Positions 50,454 to 59,412 of a DNA stretch of 63,312 nucleotides are shown here, in pieces. The stretch's first letter is position 1; the number at the start of each line of letters is the position of its first letter. Source of the DNA: Thermoproteota archaeon (lineage in GTDB: Archaea; Asgardarchaeota; Jordiarchaeia; Jordiarchaeales; Freyrarchaeaceae); NCBI GenBank assembly GCA_029258835.1, contig JAPDJY010000048.1:1-63312 (forward strand), in the 5' to 3' direction. The translations under genes were made by a program, and so were the position numbers. The notes beneath the pieces were generated by a model that was given only the letters and a program-made list of their open reading frames with translations, did no database searches and was not told the origin of the DNA.

Positions 50454-51908
50454 ATGTCAAAGAAGGAGGAAGCCCCTCTCCCAGACAAGTATGATAACTT
50501 TAATGAATGGTACAATGAGATCCTACAGAAAGCCGAGCTTATAGACCTAAGATACGGCGTTAAGGGATTCATAGTTTACAGGCCGAACTCCATGACCATA
50601 ATAAGGCAGATCTACCGCCTTTTTGAGAATGAATTAGACAAGTGCGGGCATTCCCCTTGCCTTTTCCCCGTAGTGATTCCCCTTGAATTTTTCGAGAAGG
50701 AGGCACAGCACATTAAGGGCTTCCTCGAAGAAGTTTTCTGGGTAACCAAGGCAGGCGAGCACGAACTCAATAAGCCCCTAGTGTTGCGTCCCACGTCGGA
50801 GACAGCTATGTATCCTTTATACTCCCTCTGGATTCGCTCCTATAGAGACCTCCCCCTCAAATTATACCAGTCCAATGCCGTTTACAGGTATGAAACCAAG
50901 GCCACTAAACCCTTGCTTAGGGGGAGAGAGTTCCTATGGATTGAAGCTCATTGTGCCCACCGAACGAAGGAAGACGCCGAACGCCAAGTTTTAGAGGACA
51001 TGGAAATCATGAGCAGAGTCCTCCACGACATCTTAGGAATCCCTTTTCTGTTATTAGAGAGGCCTCCATGGGACAGGTTTGCAGGGGCCAATAGAACATA
51101 CGCTTTCGACGTCTTATTCCCAGATAACTCCATACTTCAAATAGCAACCACACATATTCTAGGTGAAAACTTCTCTAAGGCCTTCGAGATAATGTTTAAA
51201 GATGAGGATGGAAAGCTCAAATATGTTCAGCAAACATGTTTTGGGATAGGTATTTCAAGGATCCTAGCTACCCTGATTAGCGTCCATGGCGACGAGTACG
51301 GAATGGTCCTCCCATTTGATATCGCCCCATTTCAGGTGGTAATAGTCCCCATTCTGTTTAAGGAAAGCGGTGGGCCTGTCATGGACAAATGTAAGGAAAT
51401 ACGTAAGCGTCTTTGTGAGAGAGGTTATAGAGTCATACTTGACGATTCCGATGATCGTCCAGGTGCAAAATTTTACAAGTGGGAGCTCTTAGGGGTGCCT
51501 GTCAGGGTAGAGGTGGGGCCAAGAGACCTTGAAAAAGGGGTTGTCACCCTTTTTAGGCGTGATACACGTGAAAGGCTTATCGTTGAGGATGGAATGCTTG
51601 AAGGAAAGATCGAAGAGCTACGATCCGACATTTTAAGGGTTTTGAGGAGGCGAGGTGAAGCACGGTTAAAGAAGTGTCTGAAGGAGGTTAAGAATAGAAG
51701 CGAGCTTCTAGAGGTTGCGAGGAAACGAGAGGGGATAATAAGAATGGCATTTTGTGGAAGAGAGGAATGCGCTGACGAAATAAAAGCTGAAACTGGGGGT
51801 TTCGAGGTAAGAGGCATAAAGGTTGGCGAGGAAGCAGGGGAACTGGGTGTTTGTGCCGCTTGTGGGAGGTCTGCAACCCAGATTGTCTATGTAGCTAAAC
51901 CTTACTAA
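50454..51908 (+). CDS. proS: Proline--tRNA ligase (archaeal/eukaryotic type)
   Basis: LRPTSET, YRYETK..PLLRGREFLW, C-terminal AKPY. Confidence 0.95.
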   Translation: MSKKEEAPLPDKYDNFNEWYNEILQKAELIDLRYGVKGFIVYRPNSMTIIRQIYRLFENELDKCGHSPCLFPVVIPLEFFEKEAQHIKGFLEEVFWVTKAGEHELNKPLVLRPTSETAMYPLYSLWIRSYRDLPLKLYQSNAVYRYETKATKPLLRGREFLWIEAHCAHRTKEDAERQVLEDMEIMSRVLHDILGIPFLLLERPPWDRFAGANRTYAFDVLFPDNSILQIATTHILGENFSKAFEIMFKDEDGKLKYVQQTCFGIGISRILATLISVHGDEYGMVLPFDIAPFQVVIVPILFKESGGPVMDKCKEIRKRLCERGYRVILDDSDDRPGAKFYKWELLGVPVRVEVGPRDLEKGVVTLFRRDTRERLIVEDGMLEGKIEELRSDILRVLRRRGEARLKKCLKEVKNRSELLEVARKREGIIRMAFCGREECADEIKAETGGFEVRGIKVGEEAGELGVCAACGRSATQIVYVAKPY

Positions 51909-52010
51909 TTGGCATGCAAAATCTTTTTCTTGGTCTTCCTCACTCTTTTAAGAGAAAATGCTTATTTCCTATTTGTAGGAGGCTTAATCGTCCTTGTTGG
52001 AGGGTGAACG

Positions 52011-53340
52011 TTGCTTTTCTTCGCAGATTTACACATCCACAGCAAGTATAGTAGAGCTACTAGTTCAAGCATGGACTTGCCGATCTTGTACTCATTCGCC
52101 AAGGTAAAGGGGCTTAACCTACTCGGTACAGGAGACTTTTCTCATCCTAAATGGCTTAAAGAAGTTAAAGAGCAGCTGGAGCAGATAAACGATTCTGGCT
52201 TTTACGTATTAAAAGGAAAAGGAGACGTTTACTTCCTCTTAACGAACGAGGTCAGCACTAACTTCCAGTTCGAAAAGGAAACTAAAAAGATCCACCATTT
52301 ACTCATAGTTGAAAGCTTCGACGTGGTAGATCAGGTGAACGAGGCTATTAGCAAGTACGGGGATTTAAAGTCCGATGGAAGACCTGTGTTAAACTGTACC
52401 CCCGCCGAACTCGTGGAAACCATTATGGAATTAGACCGTAACATACTGATCGTCCCAGCCCACATCTGGACGAGTTGGTTTGGCGCCCTTGGAGACAAAG
52501 GTTTTAACAGCTTAGAGGAATGCTACGGGGATCAAGTGAAGCATATTCATGCCATTGAGACGGGGCTAAGCTCCGACCCGCCGATGAACTGGAGGCTGAG
52601 CAGACTTGACAAGTACGTCCTTATAAGCAACAGTGACGCCCATAGCCCTTGGTCTTGGAGGCTAGGCAGAGAAGCAAACGTTTTCCATCTTGATACCCTT
52701 TCATTCAGGGAACTCGTAAACGCAGTGAAGAGAAAAGATAGGCAGAAAATTCTTATGACTATTGAAGTCAGCCCGGAGTACGGAAACAATCCCCTTTAGA
52801 GGGGTAGCCGTAAAATACCACTATGACGGGCATAGAGGTGACCGACAAGGACATAACGGCATAGACGTGTGCATGCATCCTAGAGAAGCCATGAAGCACC
52901 ATAACATTTGCCCTGTATGTGGGAAAAAGTTAACTATAGGAGTGCAGCATAGGGTAGAGGAACTGGCCGATAGGGAGGAGGGGTTTACCCCCAAAGATTT
53001 CATACCATTTAAGAGGCTGATCCCATTAGCTGAACTAATAGCCGTGGCAACCGGAACAGACAACCTCCACGCACGAGCGGTCAGGTTAGAGTATGAACGC
53101 CTCATAAAGACGTTCGGGAACGAGTACAAGGTTCTTCTGGAAGCACCACAGCAAGAACTCGAAAAGGTAACACATCAGAGAATAGTGCAACTTATACTTC
53201 TTAATAGAGATGGAAAAATAAAGATAAAACCCGGATTCGATGGTGTTTACGGAAAAATAATATTAGAAGACACCGTCAAGGACGAACCAGAAAAACTTTC
53301 TTGGAAAACAGGTCAACAAAGTTTAGACAGTTATTTCTAA
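52011..53340 (+). CDS. endoQ: Endonuclease Q family protein (PHP + Zn ribbon), two exons (52011-52785 and 52814-53340), 433 aa after splicing
   Basis: DLHIHSKYS, GTGD, PAHIW, ETGLSSD, SNSDAHS, LGREAN; splicing restores PEYGKYHYDGHR; CPVCG..TIGV..RVEELADR; PGFDGVYG. Confidence 0.88.
52786..52813 (+). other. Bulge-helix-bulge intron (28 nt) in endoQ mRNA
   Basis: ACGG-AA^A-caatCCCCT-ttag-AGGGGtag-CCGT-AA^A; excision gives TAC GGA AAA TAC CAC. Confidence 0.8.
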
Positions 53341-53390
53341 GTTTTGCTAGGCTGGAGAGCTTCGTCATTAAACTACATTATCAAAACGCT

Positions 53391-54413
53391 CTAACATACT
53401 CGTGGTATCGGCTCGCCATAGGGCTCTTCCACTATTCTCCGTCCACCTACTAGAGTTTCCATTATGACGTATCCTGGTCTCTCCTGCTTTACCTCCCCTA
53501 TTATGCTTGCATCCCTCCCATACTTCGTTTCTTTCACCCTCTTAAGAACTTCCTCAGCCTTATCTGGTCTTACAGCTATGATAGCTTTTCCTTCACAAGT
53601 GACCTCTAGGGGATCCAATCCAAGCATCTCTGATGCTGCGGCAACCTCCTCCCTAATAGGAATGTCCTCTTCTCTGATCCATATGCTAACGTTACACTTC
53701 TTAGCCCATTCATTCAATGCTGAAGCCAGCCCGCCTCTTGTAGGGTCCTTCATTGCCGTTATCCCCCCAACGCTTAACGCTGCCTTAATCGTTTCATTTA
53801 AAGGCGCGACGTCCGACTTAAGCTTTGTTTCAAAGTTTAGCCCTTCTCGAGTGGCGAGGAGAGCTATTCCATGGTCTCCCACCGTCCCTGTCACTATTAT
53901 TTTGTCTCCAACTTGTAGTCCTCCGTCCTGCACCACTCCCCCCCTAACTACACCTATACCCGTCGTAGCAATAACCATTTTGTCGATGTGACCCTTAGGC
54001 ATAACTTTTGTGTCTCCAGCTATCAACGCCACTTCAGCTTCTAAGCATGTTTCATTCATTGAGCGGATTATCCTTCTTAAGTCCTCTACTGGAAGTCCTT
54101 CCTCCAGTATCATCGCACAAGTGATGGCAAAAGGGTCAGCGCCCATCATTAAAAGATCGTTAACAGTACCTGCGACAGCTAACCTTCCTAGGTCACCTCC
54201 CGGGAAGAACAAGGGGTCAACCGTATGTCCATCAGTAGTCACCACAACCTGTACATCGCCTATAGGTATTGATGCGCCATCATCAAGCTCGTCTAAGCCG
54301 ATCCCTCCAGCAAACCTGCGTTTTTCGATGAGTGGCAGGATTACTTCCCTGAGAAGCCTTCCCATGGCTGTCCCACCGCCTCCATGGGATAACTCTATTA
54401 CCTCCACTTTCAC
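53391..54413 (-). CDS. hypE: Hydrogenase maturation protein HypE
   Basis: HGGGG, FPGGDLG.LA..GTVNDL, DPTRGG, C-terminal PRVC. Confidence 0.95.
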   Translation of the reverse strand: MKVEVIELSHGGGGTAMGRLLREVILPLIEKRRFAGGIGLDELDDGASIPIGDVQVVVTTDGHTVDPLFFPGGDLGRLAVAGTVNDLLMMGADPFAITCAMILEEGLPVEDLRRIIRSMNETCLEAEVALIAGDTKVMPKGHIDKMVIATTGIGVVRGGVVQDGGLQVGDKIIVTGTVGDHGIALLATREGLNFETKLKSDVAPLNETIKAALSVGGITAMKDPTRGGLASALNEWAKKCNVSIWIREEDIPIREEVAAASEMLGLDPLEVTCEGKAIIAVRPDKAEEVLKRVKETKYGRDASIIGEVKQERPGYVIMETLVGGRRIVEEPYGEPIPRVC

Positions 54414-54556
54414 CCACCATTCTTCACCTTTCTACTCCACGGATCGTACGTTTCCTTAAAAACTTTAAAGCTAGAAAAAGCGTGTTTTATCGATGGATTT
54501 ATATTTCTTCCCAACCTTCTCTGAGTTCAAGGCTTACATTCCATGGAGGGTAAGCT

Positions 54557-54943
54557 GTGGGCGTATGGCATGGTAGGTCTAAACGTAAGCCTAGCGGTGG
54601 AAAACTTAGGGTTGCTAGGGGAAAACGGAAGTATGAAATGGGCCGTGAACCCGTTAAAACTACTATTGGAGAGGAAAGAAGAAAGGTAGTCCGGGTTAGA
54701 GGCGGAAACCTAAAGGTTAAACTAAGAGCCGCGATGTACGCTAATGTTACAGATCCGTCCTCAGGGAAAACAATGAAGGCAAAAATACTTGACGTGGAAC
54801 GTAACCCTGCAAACGTTGACTATTCCCGCCGGAAAATAATAACTAAGGGCGCCATTATAGAAACCGAGCTAGGCCTCGCTAGGGTAACCAGTAGACCCGG
54901 GCAGGACGGTGTCGTCAACGCCGTTCTGATAAGAAAGTCATGA
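54557..54943 (+). CDS. rps8e: Ribosomal protein eS8
   Basis: [22 protein letters not shown]. Confidence 0.95.
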   Translation: MGVWHGRSKRKPSGGKLRVARGKRKYEMGREPVKTTIGEERRKVVRVRGGNLKVKLRAAMYANVTDPSSGKTMKAKILDVERNPANVDYSRRKIITKGAIIETELGLARVTSRPGQDGVVNAVLIRKS

Positions 54944-54947
54944 AGAA

Positions 54948-55334
54948 TTATGCCTTTATTTGTATGTTTTTTATGTTACATTCCCGTCCACCTATCACCT
55001 CGGTCATGTTGCTTCCGCATCTAGGACATTTTAGCGATAACGATAAAAGGGCGGACACGTGGGGGATATCTTCAATTCCTTCTTTTTTGGTTTCCCCTTC
55101 GTAACCGCACTCTAAGCATCGGATAACCCCTGCCTTAACCGTTATGTTAACCTTAGCACCTTCAATTATTGTTCCTTCAGATGCTACTTCTATGCCGTAC
55201 TTTAAGTACTCTGGGTTTAGAAGCGTAAGTTCCCCTATTTCTAGGTTTATCTCTGTGACTTGGACTGCGTTGTTCTCCATAGCGACTTTGAGTACGGTCT
55301 GTACAACTGATTGTGCGATGGAGAACTCGTGCAT
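54948..55334 (-). CDS. hypA: Hydrogenase nickel metallochaperone HypA
   Basis: MHEFSIA, CLECG, CPRCGS. Confidence 0.94.
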   Translation of the reverse strand: MHEFSIAQSVVQTVLKVAMENNAVQVTEINLEIGELTLLNPEYLKYGIEVASEGTIIEGAKVNITVKAGVIRCLECGYEGETKKEGIEDIPHVSALLSLSLKCPRCGSNMTEVIGGRECNIKNIQIKA

Positions 55335-55405
55335 GATTGCTCCCTGTGAGGCTTTACGGCTAAAGGTTTAAAAGTTTTTTCTGAAACTAAAGGTAGGGGA
55401 TAACG

Positions 55406-55711
55406 TTGAGAAGTAGGAACGTATTCATCATATATCCTGAATATTTTGATGCAAAATTGAGTAGACGTGAAGGGCGAAGGGTTCCATTAAGCTTGGCCGT
55501 TTCAAACCCTCGCGTTGAGGAGCTTGCCCTTGTAGCTCACAGGCTGGGTTGGAAGATAAACGTTGAACCTGATGCGGCTTACCCTAGATGTTGGTGGAAT
55601 AGGAGAGGCAGAATTTTGGTTGAGAAAGATAATATGAAGAAAACTAAAGCTATTGTTACCTTAGCGAGGATCCTAAAGAAAGCACGTGAGGCGAAAGCCG
55701 CTAAAAGTTAA
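55406..55711 (+). CDS. srp19: Signal recognition particle 19 kDa protein
   Basis: IYPEYFD..LSRREGRRVP, YPR.W...GR. Confidence 0.92.
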   Translation: MRSRNVFIIYPEYFDAKLSRREGRRVPLSLAVSNPRVEELALVAHRLGWKINVEPDAAYPRCWWNRRGRILVEKDNMKKTKAIVTLARILKKAREAKAAKS

Positions 55712-55734
55712 ATCAAGTTAAAGAGGTTTTCTAA

Positions 55735-56019
55735 GTGAAGCGATTGGGGAAAGTTCTCCACGTCTCCTCAACGGGAAACATTGTTTTACGTGCTGTGAGG
55801 GTGCCTGAAATAGGTACTAAAGTAGTAGATGAAAGAATGAAGGAGATAGGCGCCGTCTATGATATTATCGGTCCTGTCGGCAGTCCCTATGTCCTTGTGA
55901 AACCTGGCAAGGATATTAACCCGGAATTGCTCCATGGAAAGCCATTGTACGTTCTTAAACTGGATGAAAGAAAGCGTACTCGGAGGAGGAAAAAAGCCAA
56001 AAAACAATCTAAAACCTAA
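55735..56019 (+). CDS. gar1: H/ACA RNP subunit Gar1
   Basis: MKRLGKVLH, IG.V.DIIGPV.SPY..VKP. Confidence 0.9.
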   Translation: MKRLGKVLHVSSTGNIVLRAVRVPEIGTKVVDERMKEIGAVYDIIGPVGSPYVLVKPGKDINPELLHGKPLYVLKLDERKRTRRRKKAKKQSKT

Positions 56020-56070
56020 AAATCGTCAAAGTATGTAACTCGTAATCCTTAACCTACATTTTTCAACTTA

Positions 56071-57270
56071 TCAGTCTTTCTCTAGGGCAAGCTCCCTCAA
56101 CGTGTCCAGTATTATTCCGGATGAAGCGTTTGTTTTAATGGAGAACCTACTAAAATGTGTTCTGTAAACGGCGAATCCCTTCTCCATTAACCTGCGAATT
56201 ACATTCTCTATTGGAGGACATGAAACGCCTGCAATAGAGCTTAACTTGTGCATGTTATAGTAGGTAGGAGGAGCATCAGCTTCCTCTAAAATCTGTCTCA
56301 AAACCTTAGAAGCCTCCCTGTTCCCTTCTTTTTCAGCTATTTTCGCTACGCGCCTTACAAACTCCTTGTTCTGTATTGGGCCGCACCATAATGGTCCTGC
56401 CACTTCAAGCCGTCTTCCACAGTTAGGACACTCTTCATGGGTGAATACTGTAGGGTAGCCTTGAACTAGCTTTCTAAATGAGCAGCTGAAGCAGTGAAGT
56501 AAGTATCCAATCATCCTCATTTTCTCATCGGCAGCCCTAGCCCCCAGCCTGCATTTAAAGTATATTCTAACGTAATGTTCTGCGTAATGTGAAAGAACAG
56601 GCTCTAATGCAAGATCGTACTTTGCAGCTATGGATAAAGAGTGGAACGTAAGGATCCTAACGGCGACCTCATGGCAGTACTCCACCCTCAATGGTTTACT
56701 TCCATACTTCCTTAAGCATGCCCGAGGGTGGGTGCCGCAGAGGGGTGCAAGATCCGTTGCCGTGATACACAAGAGTGCTCCTTTAGGATTTAAGGCGCGT
56801 ATAGCCGAATCCGTAAACGGTGCTGGAGATCCAAATGGATCCAAGTCTATTAAGTCAAATCTTTCCCTTTTCGACGCGTACTTGGATAGGAGTGCATTCG
56901 CGTCTTCGCAGGAAACAGTGATGTTCCCTTTAACCTTGTTAAACTCAAGGTTTTTTCTAATTAATTCCACTGCTCTCGGATTTATGTCGTTTATAACGAT
57001 GCTTTTAACTCCCACGGTTTCCATTACGAATCTTATGGCTCTAACTCCGCAGCCAGCCATGGGGGTGCAAACCATTAAGCCTCTCTTTTTCTCATCGGCA
57101 TAGGCCTGAAGAGAATACACTGCAATGTCTCTGTTAAGCATCATTTTGGGATTATAGAAGACAGGAGTCCTACCTGGTATGTAGCTTCCTCTTTCAAAGT
57201 AAAGTTTAGTGTCAGGAGCGTAGAACTTTACCTTTCCCTCCTCGTAAAGGCGTATTGGAAACTCGGCCAT
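56071..57270 (-). CDS. trm1: tRNA (guanine26-N2)-dimethyltransferase
   Basis: VFYNP.M..NRD, NDIN, DLDPFGSP, TATD, GPLW.G. Confidence 0.94.
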   Translation of the reverse strand: MAEFPIRLYEEGKVKFYAPDTKLYFERGSYIPGRTPVFYNPKMMLNRDIAVYSLQAYADEKKRGLMVCTPMAGCGVRAIRFVMETVGVKSIVINDINPRAVELIRKNLEFNKVKGNITVSCEDANALLSKYASKRERFDLIDLDPFGSPAPFTDSAIRALNPKGALLCITATDLAPLCGTHPRACLRKYGSKPLRVEYCHEVAVRILTFHSLSIAAKYDLALEPVLSHYAEHYVRIYFKCRLGARAADEKMRMIGYLLHCFSCSFRKLVQGYPTVFTHEECPNCGRRLEVAGPLWCGPIQNKEFVRRVAKIAEKEGNREASKVLRQILEEADAPPTYYNMHKLSSIAGVSCPPIENVIRRLMEKGFAVYRTHFSRFSIKTNASSGIILDTLRELALEKD

Positions 57271-57364
57271 CGAACCCCTCCACTTGAACAGTTCTCTTCT
57301 AGGGGGAGTCGCTTAGAGACATTTTTATTTTTTCCATTCTCAATAAGGTTTAAAGGGAGAGATT

Positions 57365-58009
57365 TTGCTCGTGGCAGGAGTTGACGAAGCTGGAAGAGGA
57401 CCAGTAATAGGGCCAATGATTGTAGCAGGGATACTCGTTCGGAACCGGGATGTTAAGGAATTGAAGCAGATAGGCGTAGTGGACTCTAAAAAGCTATCTC
57501 CACTACGCAGGAAAGAGTTGCTTCCTAAAATTCTCAGTATAGCTAAGGGCGTCTCCATAGTTGAGGTTTCCCCTAAAGAGATAGATGAAGCCGTCCAGTT
57601 TGGTGGCGGACTCAACGAGCTTGAAGCTAAAAACATAGCTAAAGTCCTAGACAATCTACGTCCTAACGTGGCATACATAGACGCCGCTGACACTTGTCCA
57701 GCGCGGTTCGAAGAACGGATCAGGAAGTACCTTACATGTGACGCTAAACTAGTGGTTGAGCACAAAGCTGACTCAAACTATACGGTGGTTGGAGCCGCAT
57801 CAATAATAGCTAAAGTTACTCGTGACATTAAGGTCTGGGAGCTAAGGAGTTACGGGGATGTCGGCTCTGGATACCCTCAAGACCAGAAGACCCTTAATTT
57901 CTTAAGAAAGTGGGTGCAAGAGAACGGGTGTCTCCCTCCTTTCACGAGATGCAGCTGGAAAACAGCAAAGAAAATTCTCGAAGAAGCACGTCAGAGGAAG
58001 CTCACTTAA
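57365..58009 (+). CDS. rnhB: Ribonuclease HII
   Basis: GVDEAGRGPVIGP, DSKKL, AASIIAKV.RD, GSGYP. Confidence 0.95.
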   Translation: MLVAGVDEAGRGPVIGPMIVAGILVRNRDVKELKQIGVVDSKKLSPLRRKELLPKILSIAKGVSIVEVSPKEIDEAVQFGGGLNELEAKNIAKVLDNLRPNVAYIDAADTCPARFEERIRKYLTCDAKLVVEHKADSNYTVVGAASIIAKVTRDIKVWELRSYGDVGSGYPQDQKTLNFLRKWVQENGCLPPFTRCSWKTAKKILEEARQRKLT

Positions 58010-58966
58010 TTAGTTTACCGCCTGAATTTTCTTCAATAAGTCTTCTGGTTCCTCCATAGATTCTATTTCCTCCTTGCTTAAGACGGGGACGCGTGCTTCC
58101 CTAACGTCCCTCTCCTTGTCTAAGACGAACATCGCCCATTTCCTTACCACCCTCGACACTCGCTCGAGCGTTTTTATCCTTCTTTCAACGGTTTTCTCAT
58201 GTGCTCTTCCAACTCCCGTTACAACAATATACTCCTCTTTCTGATCCGCTGTCAACGCGTTAAACGGTGCTTTCTTAGCAATTATAACCTTAAAACCCAG
58301 CTCGGATAACGCCTTGCAGATTTCCCCCTCTAATTCGTCCTCACATTCCTGTAGTGTAGGCAATTTTTCCTCCTCGAATCCGTATATGCTCTCCCAGGAT
58401 GTGAAGTCTATTGGCATGATTACATCTGCATCAAGCTCTTCCTCTATTCTCACGGCCGTCTCCAAGGTTACATCCATCATGTTTCTTTCATATTCATAGA
58501 TGGCTTTCCTGGAAACTCCCACCCTCTCGGCTAGGTTTCCAAGCGAAAACCCTCTCTCTTCCCTTGCCCGCCTGAGGGCCTCTCCATTAATTTTTAAATA
58601 TAGCCCTCCACGTTTGGCTAAGACCACAGGGTAAACGTCCTCAAAGATAAACCTCTTAAGCGTTGAAACGTTGATCGTTGGTATTCCACAACGCCCATAG
58701 ACAACACCGTCAAGTATTTCGCTTTTCCTCGTCCTTTCCCCTACTATTAGTGGAGTTGCGGACAATAGCTTAGCTAGTAACCTTAACTCCCTGCCTTGCT
58801 CGTCCTTCACACCGTCAACATTGGCTAAAACTTTAAGTAGTAAGAGGCTTTCCTCCTTCCTAGCTGCAATATCGAAGCAGCTTCTCGGAGCTAGATGATT
58901 AGCTACCTCGTACCCTGCTTTCTGCAGCATCCTCCCGATTTTCTCGATGAAAAGGTTGGAAGGCAC
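58010..58966 (-). CDS. Conserved archaeal HTH transcriptional regulator
   Basis: CFDIAAR..LLLKVL.NVD, RGGLY, SLGNLAERVGVSRKAIYEYE. Confidence 0.87.
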   Translation of the reverse strand: MPSNLFIEKIGRMLQKAGYEVANHLAPRSCFDIAARKEESLLLLKVLANVDGVKDEQGRELRLLAKLLSATPLIVGERTRKSEILDGVVYGRCGIPTINVSTLKRFIFEDVYPVVLAKRGGLYLKINGEALRRAREERGFSLGNLAERVGVSRKAIYEYERNMMDVTLETAVRIEEELDADVIMPIDFTSWESIYGFEEEKLPTLQECEDELEGEICKALSELGFKVIIAKKAPFNALTADQKEEYIVVTGVGRAHEKTVERRIKTLERVSRVVRKWAMFVLDKERDVREARVPVLSKEEIESMEEPEDLLKKIQAVN

Positions 58967-59102
58967 GGTGCCACCGCCACGACAACCTTTCTCTTCCGTC
59001 GATAAAGCCCCTTTCCAAGAATTAAAAGAAACAAGTGCACATATAAAACTTTTAACTTTTTTGAAGGGTTTCGATTATTAATAGCCGTTCTTTCAACATC
59101 AG

Positions 59103-59333
59103 CTAATCGGTTGAGATGAGCGTCATGCTTTTAGTCACCCCTTGTGTCCTTCTTATCTTAGTAACGAGCTTATCAAGCTCCTCGTCCACCTTACCTATTT
59201 CCACTCTGACCACCACATCCCACTCCCCGTAAGTAACCTTGGCTTCAGTTACGTGTTCTAGCATTGAAATCTTCTCTGCCACATCGTGTTCTGAACCAGC
59301 TTCGGTTACGAGCATGACATAGACCACCACCAT
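59103..59333 (-). CDS. Lrp/AsnC ligand-binding domain protein
   Basis: TYGEWDVVV, IR...GV..SMTLI. Confidence 0.85.
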   Translation of the reverse strand: MVVVYVMLVTEAGSEHDVAEKISMLEHVTEAKVTYGEWDVVVRVEIGKVDEELDKLVTKIRRTQGVTKSMTLISTD

Positions 59334-59412
59334 ACCCAACCACCAGTTTAAATTACTCATCCTCCCCTATAATCTGAACATAATGCAATGTGAATGTTTC
59401 GGCGGTGATTCC

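Noticed and set aside
52828-52866. GGCATAGA direct repeat and short insertion in EndoQ exon 2
   Set aside because: No BHB geometry and the frame is intact; probably chance
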